Source: Candidatus Kuenenia stuttgartensis
Lineage (GTDB): Bacteria; Planctomycetota; Brocadiia; Brocadiales; Brocadiaceae
Direction: 5' to 3'
Length of the DNA: 32,000 bases
Assembly (NCBI RefSeq): GCF_900232105.1
Contig: NZ_LT934425.1
Location: 2,820,001 to 2,852,000, forward strand
The position numbers and the translations under genes were made by a program. The stretch's first letter is position 1; every line of letters begins with the position of its first letter. Below are positions 18,198 to 28,412 of this stretch, in pieces. The notes under the pieces are model-generated. The model worked only from the letters and a program-made list of their open reading frames with translations. It was not told where the DNA came from and made no database searches.

Positions 18198-19544
18198 ATG
18201 AAAAAATTTAGTTTACTGACAATGTTAAGCCTTGTACTGGTGATGGCCGCATCATCCGTAGTATTGGCAGGTGACGATGTATTGGATTCGGGCGATAATG
18301 CATGGATTCTTATGTCGGCATCATTAGTACTTCTGATGTCCCCGGGCCTTGCCTTCTTTTATGGCGGCATGTGTTCATCCAAAAATATCATAAATATGTT
18401 AATGATGGTTTTTATGAGTATGGCGGTAATCAGTATCCAATGGGTATTCTGGGGATACTCTCTCTCATTTGGAGAGGATTGCGGCAACTTTATCGGAAAT
18501 TTGGCAAAGGTCGGCTTGCGCGGTATAACGCCCGATACACTCTCCGGCACCATTCCGGAATACACTTTTTTGGCATTCCAGGCAACATTTGCGATTATTA
18601 CCGTGGGGCTTATCATGGGTGCAGTTGAAGGGCGCATGAAATTCAGCGCACTTTTAATATTTATTCCCCTGTGGGCGACTGCCGTATATGACCCGGTATG
18701 TCATTGGGTGTGGGGCGGCGGTTTCCTCCAAGCCTGGGAAGTGCTGGATTTTGCCGGCGGAACGGTGGTACACATAAATTCAGGTGCGGCAGCCCTTGCC
18801 CTCGTGATATTACTCGGAAAACGCAAGAAACAAAACATAAGGCCACCATGCAATGTCCCGATGGTGCTACTCGGCACGGGCCTGCTCTGGTTCGGATGGT
18901 TCGGTTTTAATGCTGGCAGCGAACTGGCTTCTGACGGAAGGGCGGCATTTGCGTGGGTAATAACAAACTCGTCTGCAGCCACTGCTGCTTTCGTTTGGAT
19001 GGTATGCGAATGGATTCATAGGAAAAAACCTACGCTTATCGGTGCGGCTTCAGGCGCAGTTGCCGGCCTTGTAGCCATAACCCCGGCGTCTGGTTTTGTA
19101 GGGCCTTTAGGCGCTATACAGATTGGAATTATGGCGGGTGTTGGATGTTACTTTGCCAGCATGAAGCTAAAAGCGCTTTTTGGATATGACGACGCTTTGG
19201 ACGTAGTTGGAGTACATGGGATTGGCGGTACGATAGGCGCCTTTGCCACAGGTCTATATTGTACCAAAATGGTAATGGGGCCTGATGGAGTTGACGGCTT
19301 ATTCATTGGATGGGGTATGGAAGGCTTCAAACAATTGGGCTTACAATGTATTGGTTTCCTGATTTCATGGTCATACGCATTTTCAGTGACAATGGTTATC
19401 GGATTATTTCTCAAGTATACGATAGGCTTAAGGACAGCAGAAATACAAGAAGACACCGGGCTGGATATTACTCAGCACGGCGAGATTGGCTACCACCTTG
19501 AGATGGAATCTACTAGCACATTGAAGATACCTGCCGGGCACTAA
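18198..19544 (+). CDS. amt: Ammonium transporter, canonical AmtB-like (Amt copy 3)
   Basis: SLVLLMSPGLAFFYGGMCSSKN, FQATFAIITVGLIMGAVEGRMKF, DFAGGTVVHINSG, WFGFNAGSELA, DVVGVHGIGGTIGAFATG. SD AGGAGG upstream. Confidence 0.96.
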   Translation: MKKFSLLTMLSLVLVMAASSVVLAGDDVLDSGDNAWILMSASLVLLMSPGLAFFYGGMCSSKNIINMLMMVFMSMAVISIQWVFWGYSLSFGEDCGNFIGNLAKVGLRGITPDTLSGTIPEYTFLAFQATFAIITVGLIMGAVEGRMKFSALLIFIPLWATAVYDPVCHWVWGGGFLQAWEVLDFAGGTVVHINSGAAALALVILLGKRKKQNIRPPCNVPMVLLGTGLLWFGWFGFNAGSELASDGRAAFAWVITNSSAATAAFVWMVCEWIHRKKPTLIGAASGAVAGLVAITPASGFVGPLGAIQIGIMAGVGCYFASMKLKALFGYDDALDVVGVHGIGGTIGAFATGLYCTKMVMGPDGVDGLFIGWGMEGFKQLGLQCIGFLISWSYAFSVTMVIGLFLKYTIGLRTAEIQEDTGLDITQHGEIGYHLEMESTSTLKIPAGH

Positions 19545-19598
19545 TTCCGGACCTCATGCATTACTGTGGTTTGAGGGATTAGATTTACGGAAAAATAC

Positions 19599-19633
19599 AA
19601 GGCGCTGTCTCTTTGGAGACAGCGCCTTTTTTA
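19599..19633 (+). terminator. Rho-independent terminator downstream of Amt copy 3
   Basis: AAGGCGCTGTCTC-tttg-GAGACAGCGCCTT (13 bp perfect stem) followed by TTTTT. Confidence 0.92.
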
Positions 19634-19797
19634 ATGGTAACGCTTTAGTACCTTATCAGTAATTTCTTCGCACACTTCCATTCGTCAGTGCATGCTTTTT
19701 GGGAAAATATTTAATTGTCCCTTCTGTAATCGGCAATCCACAGATTGAGGACTGTGGATTTTCTATTATGCCGTTTAACAACAATCTGTCATTCCGA

Positions 19798-21348
19798 CTA
19801 TTCCCATTCAATTGTGCTCGGAGGTTTTGTGCTTATGTCATATACCACACGGTTAACGCCCTTCACCTCATTTATAATCCGATGAGAAATACTTCCGAGC
19901 GTTTCATTGGGAATGCGGTACCAGTCTGCAGTCATAAAATCTGTTGTTTCTACCGCACGAACAGCAATCACATTTTCATAACTCCTCTCATCACCCATAA
20001 CCCCAACGGTACTTAACGGCAGGAGCACCGCAAAACACTGAGCAATTTTATTGTATAAGCCCGCTTTGCATATCTCCTCAATGACTATTTTATCTGCCTT
20101 ACGCAAGACTTCTAAACGCTGTCCGCTAATTTCTCCTATTATCCGGATAGCCAAACCAGGCCCTGGGAATGGATGGCGTCCGACCAATTCTTTCGGAAGC
20201 CCCAGTTCTTCACCTATTTTCCTTACTTCATCCTTAAACAAAAATCGTAATGGCTCAACCAGTTCAAACCCTAATTCTTCAGGCAATCCGCCGACGTTGT
20301 GATGGCTTTTTATAGTGACTGTCGGGCCGCCATGTGCAGGTATGCTTTCTATAACATCAGGATACAATGTGCCCTGGGCGAGAAATTGTACATCGCTTAT
20401 CTTTTGCGCCTCATTTTTAAATACCTTTATAAATTCATGACCAATAATTTTACGCTTTTTTTCCGGGTCTGATACACCCTTTAATTTCCCCAGAAATCGG
20501 TCCTGCGCCCGAACCACATGGAGGTCTGCTGAAAAATTTTCTTTAAATGTTTTAACTACCTCTTCTGCCTCAAAATTTCTTAACAGTCCGTTATCAACAA
20601 AAATACACGAAAGACGATTGCCAATTGCCTTGTGAATAAGCGCTGCAGTTACCGCGGAATCAACCCCGCCGGACAAGCCACAAACGACGCGCCCGTTTCC
20701 CACTTGTCTATTTATGTCATTCACCGATTTTTCAATAAAGGAATCCATCTTCCAGTTTCCCGAGCAATGGCATATTTCGTAGAGGAAATTCCTTATGATC
20801 TGACTGCCATTTGGCGTATGTGTCACTTCCGGATGAAATTGTACCCCATAGAAATCCCTATTCTTATGCTTTACTGCCGTATAAGGACAATTTTTTGTGT
20901 GTGCAAGCGACTCAAATTCCGCCGGTAATTCAGTAACGATATCGCCATGACTCATCCATACCGTGATCTCTTGTGGAAGGGTTTTTAAAAATCTGTTTTC
21001 ACCGCTGATGGCACATAAAGTACGCCCATATTCTCTTGCAGCGCTAGGGCTTACTTTTGAGCCAAGCATCATACATCCCAATTGCATGCCATAGCAAATG
21101 CCCAAAACAGGCACTCCTAGTTTCATTATTTCCTCATCACATCCCGGTGCATTTTTTGAATATACACTGGCAGGTCCGCCGCTGAGTATAATGCCTTTTG
21201 GTTTTATCTTTTTTATTTGTTCTGCAGTAATAAGGTGTGATACTATTTCGCTGTACACATGGTTTTCTCTTACGCGTCTGGCAATAAGCTGCGCGTACTG
21301 AGATCCAAAATCAAGGATTAAAACTTTTTCAATGTTATTTTCGAGCAT
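19798..21348 (-). CDS. guaA: GMP synthase (glutamine-hydrolysing)
   Basis: [35 protein letters not shown] (class-I GATase nucleophile), [23 protein letters not shown] (PP-loop), C-terminal [13 protein letters not shown]. Confidence 0.98.
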   Translation of the reverse strand: MLENNIEKVLILDFGSQYAQLIARRVRENHVYSEIVSHLITAEQIKKIKPKGIILSGGPASVYSKNAPGCDEEIMKLGVPVLGICYGMQLGCMMLGSKVSPSAAREYGRTLCAISGENRFLKTLPQEITVWMSHGDIVTELPAEFESLAHTKNCPYTAVKHKNRDFYGVQFHPEVTHTPNGSQIIRNFLYEICHCSGNWKMDSFIEKSVNDINRQVGNGRVVCGLSGGVDSAVTAALIHKAIGNRLSCIFVDNGLLRNFEAEEVVKTFKENFSADLHVVRAQDRFLGKLKGVSDPEKKRKIIGHEFIKVFKNEAQKISDVQFLAQGTLYPDVIESIPAHGGPTVTIKSHHNVGGLPEELGFELVEPLRFLFKDEVRKIGEELGLPKELVGRHPFPGPGLAIRIIGEISGQRLEVLRKADKIVIEEICKAGLYNKIAQCFAVLLPLSTVGVMGDERSYENVIAVRAVETTDFMTADWYRIPNETLGSISHRIINEVKGVNRVVYDISTKPPSTIEWE

Positions 21349-21460
21349 TTCTTTTCCTAATCAGACATATTTTTATACGGCCTGTTTTTAAAAACATGGC
21401 TTTATTCAGTGCAAAATAAAACCATGCCTACGTTGGTTTAAAATACTAAAACAGAATCAT

Positions 21461-23233
21461 TTGAAAATGGCAACAGAAAATATTCCTTATAAAATACCGG
21501 AAAACGAAGCGTCCGTTTTTTATCCGCCTATCGGAGACGCCCCGGAATTGACGCGAGACAATATGCGGGAAATACAGCATTATGCCTTTAAAATAACTGA
21601 TATCACTTTTCAGACATTACGGAATGAAACCCGCTTGGAATTATTAAACATCGCAACACAATACACAAAAAAAATCTTTTCGTTCCTACCGCACAAATCC
21701 AGCGAAACAACTAGCCACACGGTAAATGATAGCGGAAAAAATGCCGCTGAACAATTATACGAAAGTTTTTTGCCTGTTGAACCAATAATCTCACATCGTT
21801 ACTGTCCTGAAAGTATACCAATAATACTCACCGGACATGAACCCATTTTCTATCATCCAGGGATATGGATAAAAAACCATCTCGCATATTATTTGGCAGA
21901 GAAATTAAAAGGTATAAGCATAAATCTTATTGTGGACAGTGATTCATGTAAGGCTGGTTTTGTGTATGTGCCGTGTTTCTCCGAAGAATCAGCATCTATT
22001 CAGAAAGTATCATTTGTTGAGGGGAAAGAAACTCAGGCTTATGAAGAAATTTCGCTTGAAAGGATAGAGGTGATAGAACGCTTTAAAGATAAAGTTGATG
22101 CATTGCTCCGGAAAAACAATCACGACGACGTAAAAAATACCGTTAAAGATATGCAAATCATGTTTGATTGTTTTATGTATCAAATACGGCATGCGTATCA
22201 GCAAGGCTGCAAGGACATGACGGGATTGTTTACGGCGGCAAGAAAGGGTCTTGAAAACGCCTTTGGCATTAAAAATCTTGAAATCCCTGTTTCGCTGATG
22301 TGTAACACGAAAGGGTTCTACTCTTTTTTCCTGCACATTTTGTACAATGCAAAACAATTTACAGAAATTCATAACGAAAAATTAAATGATTATCGAAACA
22401 CTCATGCCATTTCCTCTAAAGCAAATCCGGTTCCCGACCTGGAAATACATGATACCTTGGTGGAACTGCCCTTTTGGATATGGGAAAAAGGCGGCGCACG
22501 TAATAAATGTTATGCACGATATGATGCCGGTTCCATAATAGTAACAAATGGCAATCAAATGGAATTGGCATTAAAGAAAGATGAAGATCCGCAGAAAATC
22601 ATCTCCAGACTCAGGTCGTTGGCGTCGCATCCTTTCCACCCTATTAAATTGCGGCCCAGGGCGATTACCCTAACGATGTTTTCCCGATTATTCCTGTCTG
22701 ATGTATTTATCCATGGAATCGGCGGATCAAGGTACGATGTGATAACAAATGGCATCATGAAAGATTTCTTTCATATAAACCCGCCAAAATATATTACGAC
22801 AACAACCACATTATTTCTACCTGTCAAAACACATGATATTGACGCGAAAACATTCCCTGCTTTACAAAAAGAGCTGAACGATATGCGTACCAATCCCGAA
22901 AGACATGCTTCGGGAAAAACAAGGCAACATCCCCTGTTTTTAAAAATGGTGGAGGAAAAACGTGCATTGATAGAGAGGATGAGGGGAAGCGACAAGGAGA
23001 AACGAAGTCAGTTATTCCATCAAATCAAAAAATTGAATGCGTCTATGTTTAAACAAATAACTAATGAGTTCGGGAACAGACAAAAAAAACTAGCGGCTAT
23101 TAAAGAGAAAAAGGCCTACAACAAGGTGGTAAAATGCAGGGAATATCCAATAGGTATATTTCCTTTTAATGCCTTGCATGACCACTTTGCAAATGTCTTT
23201 TCCGAAAGTAAAAATAAAGATAAACAATCGTGA
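21461..23233 (+). CDS. Conserved hypothetical protein (590 aa), weakly BshC-like (LTGHEPIFYHPGIWIKN)
   Basis: Long ORF; IPIILTGHEPIFYHPGIWIKNHLAYYLAEKLKG...LIVDSDSC has the logic of a BshC N-terminal motif; C-terminal basic helical segment. Confidence 0.6.
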   Translation: MKMATENIPYKIPENEASVFYPPIGDAPELTRDNMREIQHYAFKITDITFQTLRNETRLELLNIATQYTKKIFSFLPHKSSETTSHTVNDSGKNAAEQLYESFLPVEPIISHRYCPESIPIILTGHEPIFYHPGIWIKNHLAYYLAEKLKGISINLIVDSDSCKAGFVYVPCFSEESASIQKVSFVEGKETQAYEEISLERIEVIERFKDKVDALLRKNNHDDVKNTVKDMQIMFDCFMYQIRHAYQQGCKDMTGLFTAARKGLENAFGIKNLEIPVSLMCNTKGFYSFFLHILYNAKQFTEIHNEKLNDYRNTHAISSKANPVPDLEIHDTLVELPFWIWEKGGARNKCYARYDAGSIIVTNGNQMELALKKDEDPQKIISRLRSLASHPFHPIKLRPRAITLTMFSRLFLSDVFIHGIGGSRYDVITNGIMKDFFHINPPKYITTTTTLFLPVKTHDIDAKTFPALQKELNDMRTNPERHASGKTRQHPLFLKMVEEKRALIERMRGSDKEKRSQLFHQIKKLNASMFKQITNEFGNRQKKLAAIKEKKAYNKVVKCREYPIGIFPFNALHDHFANVFSESKNKDKQS

Positions 23234-24176
23234 TAACGGCTATGACCGTGCCAATGATGATAAGATTTGTTTTCAAGGCAAGCACGGCATAAAACGCCTC
23301 CTTTTTATCTATTTTTATCAAAAGCACCCAGTGGACATCCCTGAGGTTTTCAAGGGGGGTATAGGCGTTGAGTACGGGGATATTGCGATAATCTTTTATG
23401 ATTTTTATATCCGTATGCCCCGCAAGTGCTTCTTTCGTTGCTTGTGTGTCAATTTCCAGTTTTAAAATAGTGTTTTGTTTCAAAAACCTTGACTTTGACC
23501 GCATGAAGTTGTCATCACCAACCACATAAATCTCCCCGGTTTCCCCTAATCCATCCCTTTGCAATAAAATAGGATCAATCTTTGAAAAAGGTATTTCAAC
23601 CATCACCAACCCTAAAAGAGTATTAGAAGCATCATACACAGGGGCAGCCCCCAGAAAGACAAAATCTTTTGATTCCTCACTCCATGTCAAATCAGAAAAT
23701 TTAATATTATTTAAACCTTCTTTAAACACTTCTCCAATGGTAAATGAGCTATAAACGCCTGTTTTTAAATTTGTACCGAGGTATTCATTGCGCTTTATCC
23801 CGAAAACAACATTTCCGTCTTTATCAACAAGAAAAATGTTTTGATAACCGAACCGTCTTTGGTAATGTTCTAAAAGAGGTCCGTAATAGGTATCGACCTG
23901 TTTGTATGAGGCAGAATCTAAACCTGCAGATCTAAATGCATTGGAGAATCGGGGTAAACTTTGTTCTACGAGGGGGTTTTTGGAAAGGATATGCACGTCT
24001 CCGTATTTTTCATAAAAGAAGTTTTGAATCTGCACCTTTTTTATCTCTCGTACTGAGATCAAATGGTTCTTCACCTCGCTTTCCAATGCGGGGATAAGTG
24101 TCCGATACGTCAATGGCCCCATAATTACCAAAAATGTGAAAAAAGCAATACTCGATGCGACTAATATCCTGTACAT
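23166..24176 (-). CDS. Membrane-anchored double-Cache (PDC)-like sensor without an output domain
   Basis: N-terminal TM, extracytoplasmic FGYQNIFLVDKDGNVVFGIKRNEYLGTNLKTG...FVFLGAAPVYDASNTLLGLVMVEIPFSKID, C-terminal TM (LIIIGTVIAVITIVYLYFYF), then stop 14 codons later. Confidence 0.75.
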   Translation of the reverse strand: MYRILVASSIAFFTFLVIMGPLTYRTLIPALESEVKNHLISVREIKKVQIQNFFYEKYGDVHILSKNPLVEQSLPRFSNAFRSAGLDSASYKQVDTYYGPLLEHYQRRFGYQNIFLVDKDGNVVFGIKRNEYLGTNLKTGVYSSFTIGEVFKEGLNNIKFSDLTWSEESKDFVFLGAAPVYDASNTLLGLVMVEIPFSKIDPILLQRDGLGETGEIYVVGDDNFMRSKSRFLKQNTILKLEIDTQATKEALAGHTDIKIIKDYRNIPVLNAYTPLENLRDVHWVLLIKIDKKEAFYAVLALKTNLIIIGTVIAVITIVYLYFYFRKRHLQSGHARH

Positions 24177-24371
24177 TTTATCTTTACCATTTCAAAATTA
24201 AATTATAGATACGATTTCTCATGTAAAAAAAATAGACTTCCGCATGATACTAATAAATTTTGTTTTGTCAAGTTTATTGATTGAGTTAGGGGAGGAGGGT
24301 AGACAATCTACAATCCACAATCTGTCGGTTGCCGGTTTCGCCGGGGCAAATGATTTCGACCATACACACTA

Positions 24372-25274
24372 TCACGCATTTCGATATGTCTCAATGAAAA
24401 ATGCTACATCCTTTTCATTTCCACCAATAATTTCGATGGTAAAATGCGTAATGTGATTTTTTTTAAGAAGAGAAATGATTTTTTCCATATCCATATCATA
24501 GTCAGTAGAAAAATGCGAATGGGTATCTCCCATTGGCGCTTTGAAATTCCAATCGAGTGGCGTTTGATTTGTATTTAAATGCACCCCCATAACACTACAT
24601 TGCGTACATATCTCGTTAATTCCCTCGTAAAAATCAAATTTATTTAAAATCGCTGATGCCCATAGGTGGCCGACGTCCAGCCAGATTGGGCAATCAAGAT
24701 ATTTTAAATGCTCCGGTGTTTGATTTCCATTCCCAAGCCCGGGAAAATCATTCTCAATGCACAGGATGTAGGCCGGGAAATGGCTTCTTAGCCTCTCCAT
24801 ATTTATTTTCACCCCTTTTTGGTAGCCCTGAAACTCTTCCGTAGCTAAATATTCCGGATTCATTACACGGGTATTGTGTAAAAGGTATTTACTGTCTATT
24901 GCCTCGCGCAATACATTCCCATAGTTGGCAGGATCATTTTTAATTGGTTTTGTGGTCATGAAAAATCCATGCAGCACGGCAATAGTGCTGTTCAACTCTT
25001 CAAGAATATTTGCCGTGTTTTCAAAATCCTCAACAATACGCTCAAAATTATCTCCTGCCAGATTTATGAAATGTTGAGAAAATAATGGGGCATGAACGGT
25101 ATACTTTACATTATATCCCTTAATTTTGTTATACAACTCCCTTGAAATGGTATTATGAATTTGAATACCAAATTCAAACCCTTGTGATTCAACCATTTCC
25201 TTACAATTTGTTACCTTTGCAAACACCTCTGTGTCTTTGAAACACATGGTACTCATCTCTATCAATACCGTCAT
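24372..25274 (-). CDS. Sugar phosphate isomerase/epimerase-like TIM barrel (AP endonuclease 2 family)
   Basis: VKYTVHAPLFS, CIENDFPG, CPIWLDVGHLWAS, MGVHLNTNQ, THFTIEIIGG: metal-ligand pattern of xylose-isomerase-like barrels. Confidence 0.75.
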   Translation of the reverse strand: MTVLIEMSTMCFKDTEVFAKVTNCKEMVESQGFEFGIQIHNTISRELYNKIKGYNVKYTVHAPLFSQHFINLAGDNFERIVEDFENTANILEELNSTIAVLHGFFMTTKPIKNDPANYGNVLREAIDSKYLLHNTRVMNPEYLATEEFQGYQKGVKINMERLRSHFPAYILCIENDFPGLGNGNQTPEHLKYLDCPIWLDVGHLWASAILNKFDFYEGINEICTQCSVMGVHLNTNQTPLDWNFKAPMGDTHSHFSTDYDMDMEKIISLLKKNHITHFTIEIIGGNEKDVAFFIETYRNA

Positions 25275-25565
25275 TATAAAAACATTCCTTTCTGAACAAT
25301 ATCAGGACACAATACGGGGAAAATTTTTCCACACCGTTTTCTTTAATATATATTCACATTAAAATAAAATCACTTACCCATTTGGGCGAAGCGTTTGCTG
25401 CATATAGTTATAACTCGTTCAACAAAACGGAGTTGTCGGGTATGTAGCATTTTAAGTCCTTATCTTCTACGCAGGCAAATGCTTCACCCCTATTATTTTA
25501 AAGGCACTATATTTGCTAAAAATTCTTATGCCTCATACGAAAACATTCTTTAAAGAAGGTTTATC

Positions 25566-26600
25566 ATGATACAGAGTACAGAAATTTCGACGATCAGTAC
25601 CCAGGTCAATTCTGGTTTCACCACAGATGCTGCCAAAGGTACTGACAATTCTTTGTTCCGGGATATTATTAACCATGAATTAAAAAGCCAGGCATCCCAA
25701 ACGACGTCACATTCCGCCACTCAAACTATAGAAACCGGCAAACCAGCTTTATCGCAGTTAGAGCGTAATAGTTTTGCCATTCAAACAGCCTCTGAAAACA
25801 TAAAAAAAGGAAAAACCTCACCATCGTTTATAGAACAGCTAATAATGTACAAAGAAGACCAACTGTTATCAAAACCCGGCGGGGACTCTTTTGCGCTTAA
25901 TAAAGAAACAAATACAATAGATTATGACTTAAATCAATCTCAATTTAGTAAAAGAGTAGGAAAAGACCTGAAAGATGCCGGCGAAAATATTATTAACATT
26001 TTTAAAGACGTAGGCGCCGGCGCGCCATTTAAGTATGTTGATAGCAATGGTTCCATTCAGGCGGGGGGAAAAGTCGGTTTTTTCGGCACAATAATAAATT
26101 TCTTTAAAGATATTGCCAGCGGATTCACCCTTGGCAAATACACCCCGGAAGGGGAAAGTTCCCCTACAAATGCACTCGACGCAACAAAACACTTTTTCAA
26201 AAAGATATTTGTTGATGCTGTTTTCAAAGACATTGTAGTAGGCGTGCCAAGGAGCGCAATACATGTCAGCGAGAATGCACTGTTTGCAGGTATAAATTTA
26301 TTGGAAACTATTCCGGACGCCACCATTGGCAATTTTAAGGCCGGACGGACAGTGACTACTGAAATCTTTGACGATATGCAGGTGTTCGTTGATTTTGTAA
26401 CCGATGTAGTCCCTATGGGTGAAGCAAATTCCCGGACGCATGCCTTTGCGCTGAATGAGGGTCTCAGGGGGCTTCCTTTTATCCGTAACATTACCAAACA
26501 GGCGCCGGAACCAAATGATGAGAGGTGGAAATATGTGCGAAATACCCCATTCAGAAAATCAATTGAATCGCTTGCAACAATAATCCCCATACGCATGTGA
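25566..26600 (+). CDS. Hypothetical protein, 344 aa
   Basis: Long ORF with Ser/Thr/Gln-rich N-terminus and Gly/Phe amphipathic middle (NIINIFKDVGAG...FFGTIINFFKDIASGFTLGKY); no recognisable family. Confidence 0.65.
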   Translation: MIQSTEISTISTQVNSGFTTDAAKGTDNSLFRDIINHELKSQASQTTSHSATQTIETGKPALSQLERNSFAIQTASENIKKGKTSPSFIEQLIMYKEDQLLSKPGGDSFALNKETNTIDYDLNQSQFSKRVGKDLKDAGENIINIFKDVGAGAPFKYVDSNGSIQAGGKVGFFGTIINFFKDIASGFTLGKYTPEGESSPTNALDATKHFFKKIFVDAVFKDIVVGVPRSAIHVSENALFAGINLLETIPDATIGNFKAGRTVTTEIFDDMQVFVDFVTDVVPMGEANSRTHAFALNEGLRGLPFIRNITKQAPEPNDERWKYVRNTPFRKSIESLATIIPIRM

Positions 26601-26876
26601 AACAGGGGGGGGCGATTTACGAATTACGATTTGGGATTTGAATCGCACCTTGTAAACCTACGCTGGCGATACCAGCACCAAGCGAGATATAAAAAATACG
26701 AACTTCCAGCTTGAGGGTAAAATGCCAGAAGCAGTCATCATGTTGCATTTGCAACACCCAGAAACGATGAAAATGGTTTTATAGCCATATAGTGTTGTAG
26801 TATCTGTACTTAAACTATTTTTTGTAGTCTTATTTTCGAGCCGGGATGCTTGTGTTACAATGTACCATTAGTTAAC

Positions 26877-26903
26877 CAAAAATCGGGAATGCTCCTGTTC
26901 AAA
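26877..26903 (+). repeat. Short direct repeat, copy 1
   Basis: CAAAAATCGGGAATGCTCCTGTTCAAA; near-identical at 28801-28828 (CAAAAAATCGGGAATGCTCCTCTTTCAA). Confidence 0.75.
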
Positions 26904-27139
26904 CCATGTCACCCGCTGGCGGGTGTGCAGAGGGTGGACTGGATTTCTCCATCGATTCAACTACCCCCTTTATTATGAAAACAAATTTGACCCTCTTTCC
27001 CACGCTCCGCAGACGGGTCAAATGGACAATTTTATCCTAATTTTACGACAGGCATTCTCCACTTTAATGGGAAAACAGCACTAAATAGGGTCAAAAACAG
27101 GCATAATGCGGGGAGTTGCCCCATAAGCGCTAACTTGTT

Positions 27140-27361
27140 TTAGGTATGCTCGAAGTATTTTGATATCTGTGTTTTTCGGATTCTTGTATTTTCTGCTAAA
27201 GAACAAGCAATGTCATTCCAGCACTTAAGAACTTCCTGTAATGATAACGCTGGTTCTATAGCCCGTTTTACTTGATTAAGCATAAAAGCAAATTCACGCC
27301 ATTTGCTTTTAGTCTTCTTGCTTGACAATGAAGTATCCCCAGGGGGAAAAAGACGTAGCAA
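27140..27361 (-). pseudogene. Out-of-frame C-terminal part of the IS4-family transposase
   Basis: KSKWREFAFMLNQVKRAIEPALSLQEVLKCWNDIACSLAENTRIRKTQ looks like the usual IS4-family C-terminus and lies in the +1 frame relative to 27309-28412. Confidence 0.65.
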
Positions 27362-28412
27362 AATCTATTAGTTTTTCTGTCAAAAGAGCAACGAATAGTT
27401 TGCCATAAAGCCAAGCTTTTGAGCTATCATCATCGTATTTAGGTAAGTGTCCAAATTGTGCTATTTGTTTAAATCTTTTAAAGACCAGTTCAATTTGCCA
27501 TCGAACTCGATACCATTCTAAGATATCAAAAGCGGTAAATTGATTTTCAGGAAACGTTGTGAATACTATTACGTACTTGGCATAAATAAGGGTCTCCGGT
27601 TTTAGTTCAATGCCCTTTTTGCTTGCATGTCTTTTAAGTTTTTTATGAGCTATTTTAATGGCTTCTTCTGTTTTGTGTATTATACAAAGACGACCTTTGA
27701 CATATTCAGTATTATCAACGTTTGGAATAAAAACGTTCCATGATTTTATAGCAAGGGGTCTTTTTAAATATTGGATTTCTTTCAATAAAGGAAAGGGTTT
27801 CTTTTCTTCGCCGAATATCCGTAGAGATTGCGAATTAACTCTAACGCTAAGATAAGCGCCTTTCCTTGTTGCATGATGAATTCCTTGGCCAGTACAGTAA
27901 CCTCTGTCAGCTATAATATAATCATCTTTTTTCATCGGAAACTGCCGAAAAGATTCTCCTGTGCCTTCTCCTTCAGTTCCCGTAAGTTTAAAGAAATCGC
28001 AAGATAATGAAGGAACCTCAATACTATAATGAATGCGCCAAAGACTTCCTGTTTTCCCAGGTTCCTTTACTGTTGTTGCATCAAATAAGCGAAGATGAAA
28101 ATTATTCCGTTTATTAATTTGGAGGCCACGCTCACGGAATAAAGATAAACATAATTTATATAGCCATTCTTTGCTCTTTTTTAATCGCTTTAATAAGGCA
28201 ACATCGGATAAATCTGCTAAGTTAGCACGCTTGGCTCGAACTACTGTTTCACGCAATGAATAGCCACATCCTAAATGAATTAATAATGTTCGAAGAAGCT
28301 TTTCTTCAGATTTATCCTTGCGCAAGCCTTTTAAAGCATTTGTATCAACGGCTAAACTTTTCCAATCGTTTGGGAAGAAAGTTCTTAGAAGATCCCAATC
28401 TTCTCTCATCAT
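27309..28412 (-). CDS. IS4-family DDE transposase (C-terminus possibly frameshifted)
   Basis: LRLFDATTV (D1), DDYIIADRGYCTGQGI (D2), YRVRWQIELVFKRFK = Y(2)R(3)E(6)K signature. Confidence 0.95.
   Translation of the reverse strand: MMREDWDLLRTFFPNDWKSLAVDTNALKGLRKDKSEEKLLRTLLIHLGCGYSLRETVVRAKRANLADLSDVALLKRLKKSKEWLYKLCLSLFRERGLQINKRNNFHLRLFDATTVKEPGKTGSLWRIHYSIEVPSLSCDFFKLTGTEGEGTGESFRQFPMKKDDYIIADRGYCTGQGIHHATRKGAYLSVRVNSQSLRIFGEEKKPFPLLKEIQYLKRPLAIKSWNVFIPNVDNTEYVKGRLCIIHKTEEAIKIAHKKLKRHASKKGIELKPETLIYAKYVIVFTTFPENQFTAFDILEWYRVRWQIELVFKRFKQIAQFGHLPKYDDDSSKAWLYGKLFVALLTEKLIDFATSFSPWGYFIVKQED

Noticed and set aside
19637-19651. GTAACGCTTTAGTA as another element-B terminus
   Set aside because: Only about 14 bp match, and the rest (CCTTATCAG) diverges. 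It also sits close to guaA's 3' end without a partner. Too weak to claim.
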